Below, piece after piece: positions 34,407 through 44,907 of a stretch of 64,000 bases of DNA. Source of the DNA: Escherichia coli. GTDB lineage: Bacteria; Pseudomonadota; Gammaproteobacteria; Enterobacterales; Enterobacteriaceae. Position 1 is the stretch's first letter; every line of letters begins with the position of its first letter. The notes under the pieces are model-generated. The model was given only the letters and a program-made list of their open reading frames with translations. It did no database searches and was not told the origin of the DNA. Made by a program: the position numbers and the translations under genes. The stretch is taken from the NCBI RefSeq assembly GCF_045037415.1, contig NZ_CP173438.1. One strand, 5' to 3'.

Positions 34407-35186
34407 TTAGTAGCTGCTGGCGCTCTTACCGTCGCCGTGGCCCAGAGCTTTCAGCAGGCTTGCCAGCAAGCTGGAAGCACCAAAGCGGTAGTGACGCGCA
34501 TCAGCCCAGTCAGCACCGAACAGTTCATCTGCAATGGCGAGATATTTCTGCGCATCTTCCGCAGTACGCACGCCGCCTGCCGGTTTGAAACCAACGGTTT
34601 TTTCTACGCCCATATCGCGGATCACTTCCATCATGATGCGCGCGCTTTCCGGCGTCGCATTCACAGCCACTTTACCGGTAGAGGTTTTGATGAAGTCAGC
34701 ACCCGCTTTGATGGAGATTTCAGACGCTTTACGGATCAGCGCTTCGTCTTTCAGTTCGCCGGTTTCAATAATCACTTTCAGCAGTACGTTCGCCGCAGCG
34801 CAAGCCTCTTTACAGGCTTTCACCAGGTCAAAACCAACCTGCTCGTTACCTGCCATCAGCGCGCGGTACGGGAACACCACGTCAACTTCATCGGCACCGT
34901 AGGCGATTGCCGCACGGGTTTCTGCCAGCGCGATTTCGATGTCGTCGTTACCGTGTGGGAAGTTAGTTACCGTAGCGATACGGATTTCCGGGGTGCCCTG
35001 CTCTTTCAGAGTTTTGCGAGCAATCGGGATAAAGCGAGGATAGATACAGATAGCGGCGGTATTGCCGACCGGAGTTTTGGCCTGATGACACAGTGCGATC
35101 ACTTTCTCATCGGTGTCGTCGTCATTCAGGGTGGTCAGGTCCATCAATTTCAGTGCACGCAGGCTGCTTGCTTTCAGATCAGTCAT
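34407..35186 (-). CDS. deoC: Deoxyribose-phosphate aldolase DeoC, 259 aa (start [12 protein letters not shown])
   Basis: ORF 34407..35210; ATG at 35184-35186 preceded by AGGAGAA SD. Confidence 0.96.
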
Positions 35187-35224
35187 TTCATTCTCCTGGC
35201 TTGTCGCCAATAAAATTCACCTTG

Positions 35225-35340
35225 CGAGTTTGTTAGTATTCTAACATCTACTCCGCAACACACTTCGATGTACATCACAATTAAGGAAATCTACTTACAA
35301 GTTTGCATCACTGTAATGCGATCTGGTTCAAATAATTCAC
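35225..35340 (-). promoter_or_regulatory. deo promoter-proximal region (deoP2): DeoR operator palindrome tgttagtattctaaca at 35231-35246 overlapping a TAGAAT -10, plus two CRP-like sites (about 35263-35284 and 35309-35334)
   Basis: Palindrome matching DeoR operator consensus TGTTAGAA.TACTAACA; TGTGA-containing CRP half sites. Confidence 0.7.
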
Positions 35341-35443
35341 TTTCAAATGAATGCGTCAGTGGTGGCAAACGCATCAGGATCAAAGTGAACATCACGAAAC
35401 TTCTTACAATGGCGCATCACCTTCGGCATAAAAGGAAAAGAAG

Positions 35444-36994
35444 ATGCCCACTTCTCATGAAAATGCACTGCAACAACGTTGCCAGCAAATTGTCACCAGC
35501 CCGGTACTTAGCCCGGAGCAGAAGCGCCATTTTCTGGCACTGGAAGCAGAAAACAATCTGCCTTACCCACAGCTGCCTGCCGAAGCCCGCCGCGCGCTGG
35601 ATGAGGGGGTAATCTGCGATATGTTTGAAGGTCATGCGCCGTACAAACCGCGCTATGTCTTACCCGATTACGCTCGTTTTCTGGCGCACGGTTCCGAATG
35701 GCTGGAGCTGGAAGGCGCGAAAGACCTTGATGACGCACTCTCTCTGCTGACCATTCTTTACCACCATGTACCGTCGGTCACATCGATGCCGGTCTACCTG
35801 GGGCAACTGGATGCGTTGTTGCAACCGTATGTTAGAATTCTAACACAAGACGAGATCGATATTCGAATAAAACGTTTCTGGCGTTACCTCGACAGAACCC
35901 TGCCAGACGCCTTTATGCATGCCAATATCGGTCCGTCTGATTCGCCCATTACCCGTGCAATATTACGTGCAGACGCAGAGCTGAAGCAGGTTTCACCGAA
36001 CCTGACCTTTATCTACGATCCTGATATCACCCCTGATGACCTGCTGCTGGAAGTGGCGAAAAACGTCTGTGAATGTAGCAAACCGCACATCGCCAACGGT
36101 CCGGTGCATGATAAAATTTTCACAAAAGGGGGCTACGGGATTGTGAGCTGTTACAACTCACTGCCGCTGGCGGGTGGTGGCAGCACGCTGGTACGCCTTA
36201 ACCTGAAAGCCATTGCCGAGCGCAGCGAATCGCTGGATGACTTCTTTACGCGCACTCTACCGCACTACTGCCAACAGCAGATCGCCATCATCGATGCGCG
36301 GTGTGAATTCCTCTATCAACAATCACACTTCTTTGAGAATAGCTTCCTGGTGAAAGAAGGGTTGATTGATCCTGAACGTTTTGTGCCGATGTTTGGCATG
36401 TATGGGCTGGCGGAAGCGGTTAACTTGCTGTGTGAAAAAGAAGGGATTGCCGCACGCTACGGTAAAGAGGCCGCCGCAAATGAAGTGGGTTATCGCATTA
36501 GCGCGCAACTGGCGGAGTTTGTCGCCAATACCCCCGTGAAATATGGCTGGCAAAAACGCGCCATGTTACACGCACAGTCGGGGATCAGTTCCGATATCGG
36601 CACCACGCCGGGCGCGCGTTTGCCATATGGTGATGAGCCAGATCCGATTACCCATCTGCAAACTGTCGCCCCGCATCATGCTTATTATTATTCCGGCATC
36701 AGCGACATTCTGACGCTCGACGAAACCATCAAACGTAATCCGCAGGCGCTGGTACAGCTTTGCCTCGGTGCCTTTAAAGCCGGAATGCGTGAATTTACCG
36801 CCAATGTCAGCGGTAACGATCTGGTTCGCGTTACCGGTTATATGGTGCGTTTGTCGGATTTAGAAAAATATCGCGCCGAAGGTTCACGCACCAACACCAC
36901 CTGGCTGGGAGAAGAAGCCGCACGCAACACTCGTATTCTGGAACGCCAGCCGCGCGTGATAAGCCATGAACAGCAGATGCGCTTTAGTCAGTAA
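35444..36994 (+). CDS. yjjI: Glycyl-radical-enzyme-like protein YjjI (DUF3029), 516 aa; substrate unknown
   Basis: ORF 35444..36994; C-terminal RVTGY motif (codons at 36827-36841) resembling glycyl radical fingerprint RVSGY; followed by overlapping radical-SAM activase gene. Confidence 0.85.
   Translation: MPTSHENALQQRCQQIVTSPVLSPEQKRHFLALEAENNLPYPQLPAEARRALDEGVICDMFEGHAPYKPRYVLPDYARFLAHGSEWLELEGAKDLDDALSLLTILYHHVPSVTSMPVYLGQLDALLQPYVRILTQDEIDIRIKRFWRYLDRTLPDAFMHANIGPSDSPITRAILRADAELKQVSPNLTFIYDPDITPDDLLLEVAKNVCECSKPHIANGPVHDKIFTKGGYGIVSCYNSLPLAGGGSTLVRLNLKAIAERSESLDDFFTRTLPHYCQQQIAIIDARCEFLYQQSHFFENSFLVKEGLIDPERFVPMFGMYGLAEAVNLLCEKEGIAARYGKEAAANEVGYRISAQLAEFVANTPVKYGWQKRAMLHAQSGISSDIGTTPGARLPYGDEPDPITHLQTVAPHHAYYYSGISDILTLDETIKRNPQALVQLCLGAFKAGMREFTANVSGNDLVRVTGYMVRLSDLEKYRAEGSRTNTTWLGEEAARNTRILERQPRVISHEQQMRFSQ
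35829..35844 (-). promoter_or_regulatory. Second DeoR operator palindrome (tgttagaattctaaca; deoP1-type) located inside the yjjI coding sequence, 598 bp from the proximal operator
   Basis: Perfect 16-bp palindrome TGTTAGAATTCTAACA containing TAGAAT; spacing to proximal operator matches the known ~600 bp separation of deoP1 and deoP2. Confidence 0.7.
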
Positions 36995-37829
36995 GATTAT
37001 CCCCTTCTCCTGCGTTGACGGGCCAGGCAGTCGTCTGGCTCTGTTTTTGCAGGGCTGCAATCTGCGCTGCAAAAACTGTCACAATCCGTGGACGATGGGA
37101 CGTTGCAATGACTGTGGGGAGTGCGTGCCACAGTGTCCGCATCAGGCGTTGCAGATTGTTGACGGCAAAGTGGTGTGGAACGCTGTGGTTTGCGAGCAGT
37201 GTGATACCTGCCTGAAGAGGTGTCCGCAACATGCCACGCCAATGGCGCAATCCATGAGCGTGGACGAAGTGCTTAGCCATGTCCGCAAAGCGGTGCTGTT
37301 TATTGAAGGGATAACGGTAAGCAGCGGCGAAGCCACGACCCAACTGCCGTTTGTAGTGGCGCTGTTTACTGCTATCAAAAACGATCCGCAACTGCGCCAC
37401 CTCACCTGCCTGGTGGACAGTAACGGTATGTTGAGCGAAACCGGCTGGGAAAAATTACTCCCGGTGTGCGACGGCGCAATGCTCGATCTCAAAGCGTGGG
37501 GGAGCGAATGTCATCAGCAATTAACCGGACGCGATAATCAGCAGATTAAGCGCAGCATCTGTTTGCTGGCAGAGCGCGGTAAGCTGGCGGAACTGCGTTT
37601 GCTGGTGATCCCTGGCCAGGTGGATTATTTGCAACACATCGAAGAACTGGCGGCGTTTATCAAGGGACTCGGCGATGTTCCGGTACGCCTGAACGCGTTT
37701 CATGCCCACGGCGTGTATGGCGAGGCGCAAAGCTGGGCGAGCGCCACGCCGGAAGACGTTGAGCCGTTGGCTGATGCGTTAAAGGTGCGCGGGGTGAGCC
37801 GGTTGATATTTCCGGCGCTCTATTTGTGA
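36966..37829 (+). CDS. yjjW: Radical SAM glycyl-radical-enzyme activating protein YjjW, 287 aa
   Basis: ORF 36966..37829; CX3CX2C motif (CNLRCKNC) plus two ferredoxin-like Cys clusters ([24 protein letters not shown]); overlaps yjjI by 29 nt. Confidence 0.88.
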   Translation: MNSRCALVSKIIPFSCVDGPGSRLALFLQGCNLRCKNCHNPWTMGRCNDCGECVPQCPHQALQIVDGKVVWNAVVCEQCDTCLKRCPQHATPMAQSMSVDEVLSHVRKAVLFIEGITVSSGEATTQLPFVVALFTAIKNDPQLRHLTCLVDSNGMLSETGWEKLLPVCDGAMLDLKAWGSECHQQLTGRDNQQIKRSICLLAERGKLAELRLLVIPGQVDYLQHIEELAAFIKGLGDVPVRLNAFHAHGVYGEAQSWASATPEDVEPLADALKVRGVSRLIFPALYL

Positions 37830-37831
37830 CA

Positions 37832-38335
37832 TGCCGGATACGGCCTACGGTTCGGCACAGACTTGTAGGCATGATAAGACGCGACAAGCGTCGCATCAGG
37901 CATTATGCGCCGACTGCCGGATGCGGCGTGAACGCCTTATCCGGCCTACGGTTCGGCACAGACTTGTAGGCATGATAAGACGCGTCAGCGTCGCATCAGG
38001 CATTGTGCGCCAACTGCCGGATGCGGCGTGAACGCCTTATCCGGCCTACGGTTCGGCACAGACTTGTAGGCATGATAAGACGCGTCAAGCGTCGCATCAG
38101 GCATTGTGCGCCAACTGCCGGATGCGGCGTGAACGCCTTATCCGGCCTACGGTTCGGCACAAACCTGTAGGCATGATAAGACGCGTCAAGCGTCGCATCA
38201 GGCATTGTGCGCCAACTGCCGGATGCGGCGTGAACGCCTTATCCGGCCTACGGTTCGGCACAAACCTGTAGGCATGATAAGACGCGACAAGCGTCGCATC
38301 AGGCATTATGCGCCGACTGCCGGATGCTGCCTACG
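37832..38335. repeat. BIME/REP tandem array: about 5 copies of a 100-101 bp unit, each built from two inverted REP sequences
   Basis: Direct repetition of gccggatgcggcgtgaacgccttatccggcctacggttcggcaca(g/a)ac(t/c)tgtaggcatgataagacgcg(a/t)caagcgtcgcatcaggcatt(g/a)tgcgcc with period 100-101 bp between convergent yjjW and yjjV. Confidence 0.9.
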
Positions 38336-38344
38336 AAGGGTAAA

Positions 38345-39127
38345 CTACCCACTAACGCTAAACAACGCATACGTATTATTAAGCAACACTTCGGCAATCT
38401 CATCTTCTGGTTCCGGGCGCAACTCGCAAAGCACGTCAAACACCCGCACAGCCTGTTCCGGTCGGTTAGGCTGCCCCTGAAAGCCGTTGAGCGGCATATC
38501 CGGCGCGTCGGTTTCCAGCAACAACGATGCCAGCGGTAATTTTGCGATGACATCGCGGGTTTTACTGGCGCGTGGATAGGTGATAGTACCGCCTACGCCG
38601 ATTTTGTAGCCCAGCTGTACAAACCGCTCGGCCTGTTGCAGGCTGCCGGAAAAACCGTGAACCACGCCAGTGCACGGTAAATCGTGACGTTTAAGATGCA
38701 TCGCCAGTTTGTCGTGTGTACGCCGGGAATGAAGGATCACCGGCAGATCGTAGCGTTTCGCCAGTTTCAGCTGTTCGTCGAGTAACCACTGCTGCCTCTC
38801 AAATTGCGGATCGTCGCCGAAGAGATCCAGACCGATCTCCCCCACCGCCACCACCTTCGCCGGACGCCTTTCCAGCGCCTGCTGTAGCTGATCAAGAGAC
38901 ACATCGCTATGTTTTTCCAACATCCCCGGATGCAACCCCAATGCGGCATACAGCGGTTGATATTTTTCCGCTAACGCCTGCACGCGGGCAAAATTTTCCG
39001 CCTCTGTCGCCGGAACAATGATCTTGCCTACGCCCGCTTGTGCCGCGCGTTGCAGGCTGGCCTCTTCATCGCCACTAAACGGCGGGAAATCAAAATGGCA
39101 GTGGGTATCGATAAAACGGCAAATCAA
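38345..39127 (-). CDS. yjjV: TatD-family metal-dependent DNase/hydrolase YjjV, 260 aa
   Basis: ORF 38345..39127; MICRFIDTHCHFDF TatD signature. Confidence 0.9.
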   Translation of the reverse strand: MICRFIDTHCHFDFPPFSGDEEASLQRAAQAGVGKIIVPATEAENFARVQALAEKYQPLYAALGLHPGMLEKHSDVSLDQLQQALERRPAKVVAVGEIGLDLFGDDPQFERQQWLLDEQLKLAKRYDLPVILHSRRTHDKLAMHLKRHDLPCTGVVHGFSGSLQQAERFVQLGYKIGVGGTITYPRASKTRDVIAKLPLASLLLETDAPDMPLNGFQGQPNRPEQAVRVFDVLCELRPEPEDEIAEVLLNNTYALFSVSG

Positions 39128-40197
39128 GCCAGATCCTCATTGTTAAATGTCGGGTCGTTCGCCTGCGGAGCATCGCTCACTTCGGCAACCAGCGTATCGT
39201 TGGCGACTGGCGCAGGCGGAATAACGATCGATTCCGGCGTCACCACTGGCACCAGATGGCAGGTAAGCGGCGCTTTTTCAGTTAATAGCTTGCCAACCGT
39301 GGCGAGGAAATAACGACCGCATAAACGCCCAAGTTTATAGTCTTCACGCAGCGCCGGAATCCGACTGCCAAGCGCGATACTATGTAATGGCTTCGGTGGA
39401 TAAATTTCGAATATCCGCAGCTTGCCCGGTGGTTTCTCAATAAATTGCTGAATGTCACGATAGCTGGTTTCATGATGCTGCACCAGATTGACCAGCGGCT
39501 GCAGGCTACTGTCACCCAGCCAGCGTTCCATGCGTTTGAACCACTGCGGCGTGTAGTACATTTGTGACGGCACAGTGCGGATGACGACCAACGTTTTAGC
39601 GCCCTGCCTTGCCGCCTCTTTAACCGGAATCGCATCACTGATCCCGCCATCCAGGTAGTTAATGCCTTCCAGCGACACTCCGCTACGATAAAAGCCAGGT
39701 ATCGCACTGGAGGCGCGAATCACATCCAGCCAGTTTTGTTTGGTTGGTAAAAAGTAATTAGGCGCGTAGTCATCCTGACGACAGGCGCACATATAAAACG
39801 ATTTGCCGCTGTCAAACAACCGCGCGGCGGTATCCATTTGCAACGGCATCTGGCTTGCGGTGGCCTCCACCAGCCAGTCGAGATCGATAAGATTTCCTCC
39901 ACGGACAAAGCGCAATGGATCGAAAAATTCGCGTTTTGTGGTATAGCGCATGATGACTTTGCGCGCGTAACCGGGCTGATTGCAGATAAACGCCGAGAGG
40001 TTCTGCGCCCCGGCAGATGTGCCGAGATAAAGATCGAAAGGATTAAACTGCGCGCGCATAAACTCATCCAGCACGCCAGCCGTGAAAATTCCACGCTGTC
40101 CGCCGCCTTCGCACACCAGAGCTATTCGTCCAGGCTGGAACGGCCTTAGCGACAACGGCGCAATATTACCAAGCGTTACAGGTATTCGCTGCCCCAC
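39124..40197 (-). CDS. yjjU: Patatin-like phospholipase YjjU, about 357 aa, probable GTG start
   Basis: ORF 39124..40233 opens at a TTG; GTG at 40195-40197 has AGGAAGG SD 6 nt upstream; patatin motifs GGGQRGIF and GTSAG; overlaps yjjV start by 4 nt. Confidence 0.85.
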   Translation of the reverse strand: MGQRIPVTLGNIAPLSLRPFQPGRIALVCEGGGQRGIFTAGVLDEFMRAQFNPFDLYLGTSAGAQNLSAFICNQPGYARKVIMRYTTKREFFDPLRFVRGGNLIDLDWLVEATASQMPLQMDTAARLFDSGKSFYMCACRQDDYAPNYFLPTKQNWLDVIRASSAIPGFYRSGVSLEGINYLDGGISDAIPVKEAARQGAKTLVVIRTVPSQMYYTPQWFKRMERWLGDSSLQPLVNLVQHHETSYRDIQQFIEKPPGKLRIFEIYPPKPLHSIALGSRIPALREDYKLGRLCGRYFLATVGKLLTEKAPLTCHLVPVVTPESIVIPPAPVANDTLVAEVSDAPQANDPTFNNEDLA

Positions 40198-40318
40198 CTC
40201 TGCCTTCCTGTTTTTGTTGTGAAAGAATGACAAAGTAACGCAATTTATTATTCGCTAAAACCGCAAAAGCCAGTCCGCTGGACTGGCTTTGGATAAAATT
40301 TTCTTAATGATCTGAAAT

Positions 40319-40480
40319 CTAGGGTCGTTTTCGGCCCATGAACAAACTCACCAGGAACAGAATAATCCCGACGACAAAGACAATTTTAGCTGCGCCTGCA
40401 GCGGTACCGGCCAGACCACCAAACCCAAGTGCGGCGGCGATTAACGCGATAACCAGAAATATGATGCCCCAACGAAACAT
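40319..40480 (-). CDS. ytjA: Small membrane protein YtjA (DUF1328), 53 aa (start [10 protein letters not shown])
   Basis: ORF 40319..40510; single hydrophobic helix protein; synteny next to osmY. Confidence 0.75.
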
Positions 40481-40606
40481 AAGCGTCTCCTTTACCATAG
40501 TTAATGTCACCGCTTGATATGAGCGTGAAAATCACTCAATGCGATATTTTTAGTGTGGTGCACATCGCGCCTCCCGACAAAGTTCGGGAGGACGAATTAC
40601 GACGAA

Positions 40607-41212
40607 TTACTTAGTTTTCAGATCATTTTTAACGCTTTTCACACCATCTACCGCTTTGGCGATACTTTCAGCACGGTCGCTCTGTGCCTGGGAATCGACG
40701 GTACCGGAGAGCTGAACCACGCCGTCGGTGGTTTCAACTTTCACATGACGGGAAGGGACGATATCGTCCGCCAGCAGTTTGGCTTTGATTTCACTGGTGG
40801 TGGCGGTGTCACCCGCGTAGCCCTTCACAGAGCCTTCTTTAGCGTCGCGAACGTGCAGTTTGTCGCTGACAGAGGTCACCCCTTCAACGCCTTTCGCCAC
40901 TTTCACTGCCTCTTCGGCCTGAGCCTGGCTTTCAACGAAACCGCTCAGGGTCACGACTTTTTGATCGGTTTTGACAGAGATATCGGTGCTCTTGATGTTG
41001 TCATGATCCACCAGGGCCGCCTTCACTTTCGCGGTGATGGCGCTGTCATCCATGAAATTACCGACTTTATTCATAGAGCTATCGACTTTTTGCCCTGCGC
41101 TTTCATTGGTAGTCTGCGCGTTGTTTTCCGCGTAGGCAGAGCCTGTCGCGACGGCAGAGGTCAACATTACAGCCAGCAGAGTTTTCGAAATCTTCAGTCT
41201 TGTCATAGTCAT
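40607..41212 (-). CDS. osmY: Periplasmic osmotically inducible protein OsmY (two BON domains), 201 aa with signal peptide
   Basis: ORF 40607..41290; start [28 protein letters not shown]; tandem BON domains. Confidence 0.93.
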
Positions 41213-41604
41213 CGATTTATTCCTGTAAGTTTGCTCGTAATTTGAGCCTGGCAACACGAGGTTGCATTGCTGAATAGGGAGAGACTTCACCCTCTACAGA
41301 AGTCAATGGTCGCCATCACAAAAGCGATGGGTGATGAATAACGACCATTACAGCCTCTGAATCAGTTATTAATATCGGTAGAATGACAATCTACGGCTTT
41401 AGATACTGATATCTACGCATTGAACGGTATTTAACGCCGTCAGAAATGTCATTACTTTGTTAAATATAGATCACAATTTTGAAACCGCTCGGAATATCAT
41501 CGAAAACATAAGCAAAAGTGAATGTTTTAAGAACATTCCGTAAGCGGCTAATAAGGAAGGGAAATTGACAGGGCGCAGCGGCTACCGCGCCCTGGAGGCA
41601 AGAA

Positions 41605-43194
41605 TTAATGCTCGCGGGTCTGGTGGAACTGAACGTCCGGATAACGTTCCTGCGCCAGGCGCAGGTTGACCATGCTGGTAGCGATGTAAGCGAGGTTATC
41701 GCCGCCATCAAGCGCCAGTTGGCTTTCGTTCTTACGCTTGAACTCTTCGAATTTCTTCGCGTCTGCACATTCTACCCAGCGGGCGGTGGCAACGTTGACT
41801 GATTCATATACTGCTTCAACGTTGTATTCGCTCTTCAGGCGCGATACCACCACATCAAACTGCAGCACACCAACCGCACCAACGATCAGATCGTTGTTGG
41901 AGATTGGACGGAACACCTGCACCGCGCCCTCTTCGGAAAGCTGTACCAGCCCTTTGAGCAGCTGTTTTTGCTTCAGCGGATCTTTCAGGCGGATGCGACG
42001 GAACAGTTCTGGCGCGAAGTTCGGAATACCGGTGAACTTCATCATCTCACCCTGGGTAAAGGTGTCGCCAATCTGAATGGTGCCGTGGTTGTGCAGGCCG
42101 AGGATATCGCCCGGATATGCTTCTTCAACGTGCGAACGGTCACCTGCCATAAAGGTCAGCGCGTCGGAGATCACCACATCTTTCGCAGTGCGCACCTGGC
42201 GCAGCTTCATGCCTTTTTCATATTTACCGGATACCACGCGCATAAACGCCACGCGGTCGCGGTGTTTCGGGTCCATGTTGGCCTGAATTTTAAATACGAA
42301 GCCGGTAAATTTGTCTTCGCTCGCCTCTACGGTACGGGTATCAGTCTGACGCGGCATCGGCGCAGGAGCCCACTCCACCAGGCCATCCAGCATATGATCG
42401 ACACCGAAGTTACCCAGCGCAGTACCGAAGAATACCGGAGTGATTTCGCCCGCAAGGAACAGCTCTTTGTCGAACTCATTAGACGCGCCTTTCACCAGTT
42501 CCAGTTCGTCACGCAGCTGCTGTGCCAGATCTTCACCGACCGCTGCATCGAGATCCGGGTTATTCAGCCCTTTAACAATGCGGACTTCCTGAATGGTGTG
42601 GCCTTTACCGCTCTGATAGAGATAGGTTTCGTCTTTATAAAGGTGGTAAACGCCTTTAAACAGCTTGCCGCAGCCGATCGGCCAGGTGATCGGTGCGCAG
42701 CCGATTTTCAGCTCGTTCTCAACTTCATCGAGCAGTTCCATCGGGTCGCGGATATCACGGTCAAGTTTGTTCATAAAGGTGAGGATCGGCGTGTCGCGCA
42801 GACGGGTAACTTCCATCAGCTTGCGGGTACGATCTTCAACACCTTTTGCGGCGTCGATAACCATCAGACAGCAGTCCACCGCCGTCAGGGTACGATAGGT
42901 ATCTTCCGAGAAGTCTTCGTGCCCCGGGGTGTCGAGCAGGTTAACCAGGCAATCGTGATACGGAAACTGCATCACAGACGTAGTAATGGAGATCCCACGC
43001 TGCTTTTCCATCTCCATCCAGTCCGACTTAGCGTGCTGGTTGGAACCACGGCCTTTTACTGTACCGGCGGTCTGAATGGCCTGTCCGAACAGCAGCACCT
43101 TCTCGGTGATGGTAGTCTTACCGGCGTCCGGGTGAGAAATAATGGCAAAAGTGCGGCGCTTCGCCACCTCTTGCAAATAAGGAGACAACGTCAT
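41605..43194 (-). CDS. prfC: Peptide chain release factor 3 (RF3), 529 aa
   Basis: ORF 41605..43221; start [28 protein letters not shown]; translational GTPase. Confidence 0.96.
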
Positions 43195-43284
43195 AATTCT
43201 TTCTTCTTGAGTAAGCGGCATCGCGCCGCGCTTGTTGAAAACGAAAAATTGCGGCTATTTTACCCATCAACGGGGGGGAGGCAA

Positions 43285-43962
43285 TCAGTGTTTACACAGG
43301 AGCTGCTCCAGTTCGTGCAACGAAGAAACGGTCCAGGTGGGCGCGATGCCTTCTGGTTGCTCGCGATGGTGCGCATTCAGCCAGCAGGTCGCAAGCCCGG
43401 CGTTGATGCCACCGAGAATATCGGACTCGGCAGTGTCGCCAACCATCAGCACGCGTGAACGGTCAGGATTGCCCGCCTGTTCCAGCGCATAATCGAAAAT
43501 TTTCTTATTCGGTTTGGCAACGCCAACTTCTTCGGAAATCACCAGCAAATCGAAGTAATCACGCAGGCCCGTGCGTTCCAGACGCACTTGCTGCAAGGCG
43601 CTAAAGCCGTTGGTGATGATGCCGATTTTAGCGTTGCCACGAATGGCGTTAAGCAGGGAAACCGCCCCCGGCAACGGCGTACAGATTTCCGCCATCGCAT
43701 TAATAAAGGCCTCGTTGAGTTTACCCGGTTCGACGTTCAGCCGTTCGGCCCAGCTCTCAAACCGCCCGTGCTGAAGCTGTAATGAAGTGATCACGCCGTT
43801 TTGATAATCCACCCACAGTGGCTTGTTAACGGCCTGATAGTCCTGAAAATCTTCAGCGGTAAAGGTGACGCTGTAATCAAGAAACATCCGCTGCAGGCCG
43901 GTGAATGAGTCAAAGGTAAACAGCGTTTCATCGGCATCAAAGAAAATCCAGTCCCACTTCAT
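43285..43962 (-). CDS. yjjG: HAD-family pyrimidine 5'-nucleotidase YjjG, 225 aa
   Basis: ORF 43285..43962; [17 protein letters not shown] motif I. Confidence 0.93.
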   Translation of the reverse strand: MKWDWIFFDADETLFTFDSFTGLQRMFLDYSVTFTAEDFQDYQAVNKPLWVDYQNGVITSLQLQHGRFESWAERLNVEPGKLNEAFINAMAEICTPLPGAVSLLNAIRGNAKIGIITNGFSALQQVRLERTGLRDYFDLLVISEEVGVAKPNKKIFDYALEQAGNPDRSRVLMVGDTAESDILGGINAGLATCWLNAHHREQPEGIAPTWTVSSLHELEQLLCKH

Positions 43963-43976
43963 TATTCCACCTTGTC

Positions 43977-44423
43977 TTACATACTGATTGGTAACGCCAT
44001 GATGATGGCGTCTTCGCGACCGTCCGTGGTGGGGTAGTAATTGCGGCGAATCGTCGCCTCGTTAAAGCCTAAACTTTCGTACAGGGCAATGGCGGCAGCA
44101 TTTGAGGCACGGACTTCCAGCCATAGCGTCGCCACGCCGCGTTTTTCCAGTTCGTCGATCAGATGTTCCAGCAGCGCCCTTCCCAGTCCCTGACGCTGAT
44201 AGTCAGGATCGACCGCAATATTGAACAATGTAGCTTCATCCAGCACCACTTGCGTAATCGCAAACGCCGCCATTTTGCCGTTTTGCGTTAACTGAAAGTT
44301 GAGATAGCGCTCGCCCTGGTTGCTGGCAAAGGTTTTTTCACTCCACGGAAAGGTGTGGGCGCGTTGTTCAATGTGGAAAGCCGCTGGTAAATCAGTCGTT
44401 TCGAGGGAAGAAATCGTGTTCAT
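43977..44423 (-). CDS. rimI: Ribosomal protein S18 alanine N-acetyltransferase RimI (GNAT), 148 aa
   Basis: ORF 43977..44423; GNAT motif [13 protein letters not shown]. Confidence 0.93.
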   Translation of the reverse strand: MNTISSLETTDLPAAFHIEQRAHTFPWSEKTFASNQGERYLNFQLTQNGKMAAFAITQVVLDEATLFNIAVDPDYQRQGLGRALLEHLIDELEKRGVATLWLEVRASNAAAIALYESLGFNEATIRRNYYPTTDGREDAIIMALPISM

Positions 44424-44805
44424 ATGTGCAAATTTGTTGCCATAACGCGGCGCGTGCCGTTGGGTTTGCCCGTAATTCGGTGAGCGCCGGTGATGTCACC
44501 TGAGCGCCTTCCAGTGATAGCGGTTCGTCAGTACCCAACCGCCAGCTGTTGCAGCGGCTGCCTTGCGGCAGCATCGCGATTTTTTCTGGCGTCAGTTGCA
44601 GCACTTGATCGGGGCTGACGGTTAACGCACGCAGAACATCGCTCACCAGAGGATCGGTCAGGGCGGGAAGATCGTTTGCCACCATCACCAGACGGACGTG
44701 TGGCGGGATCGCAATGGCAATCTCCCCCTGCAACGCGCCAGGGCGACGCAGCGACCACTGGGTAATGCCCAGTTGCTGTAACTGCCAGTCTCGTCGGGAT
44801 GTCAT
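44392..44805 (-). CDS. holD: DNA polymerase III psi subunit HolD, 137 aa
   Basis: ORF 44392..44805; 3' end overlaps rimI start by 32 nt. Confidence 0.92.
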   Translation of the reverse strand: MTSRRDWQLQQLGITQWSLRRPGALQGEIAIAIPPHVRLVMVANDLPALTDPLVSDVLRALTVSPDQVLQLTPEKIAMLPQGSRCNSWRLGTDEPLSLEGAQVTSPALTELRANPTARAALWQQICTYEHDFFPRND

Positions 44806-44907
44806 AGCGAATCGCTCCTGTTGTCAGGGGCGCAAATATAGCAAATTCGTCGATACCGCGCCAACATATGGCTATAATCGCCGCCAGTATCAATTGAGGA
44901 GCATTCC

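Noticed and set aside
37832-38335. Regularly spaced repeats that could be mistaken for a CRISPR array
   Set aside because: The repeat unit is about 100 bp and is itself composed of inverted REP sequences; there are no unique spacers, no leader and no cas genes nearby; it matches REP/BIME architecture
41460-41768. 102-aa ORF on - strand overlapping the 3' end of prfC and the osmY upstream region
   Set aside because: Out of frame with prfC on the same strand, low-complexity translation, and lies in the osmY promoter region
41968-43458. 496-aa ORF on the + strand
   Set aside because: Antisense shadow ORF lying entirely within the well-supported prfC gene on the opposite strand; no RBS or independent support
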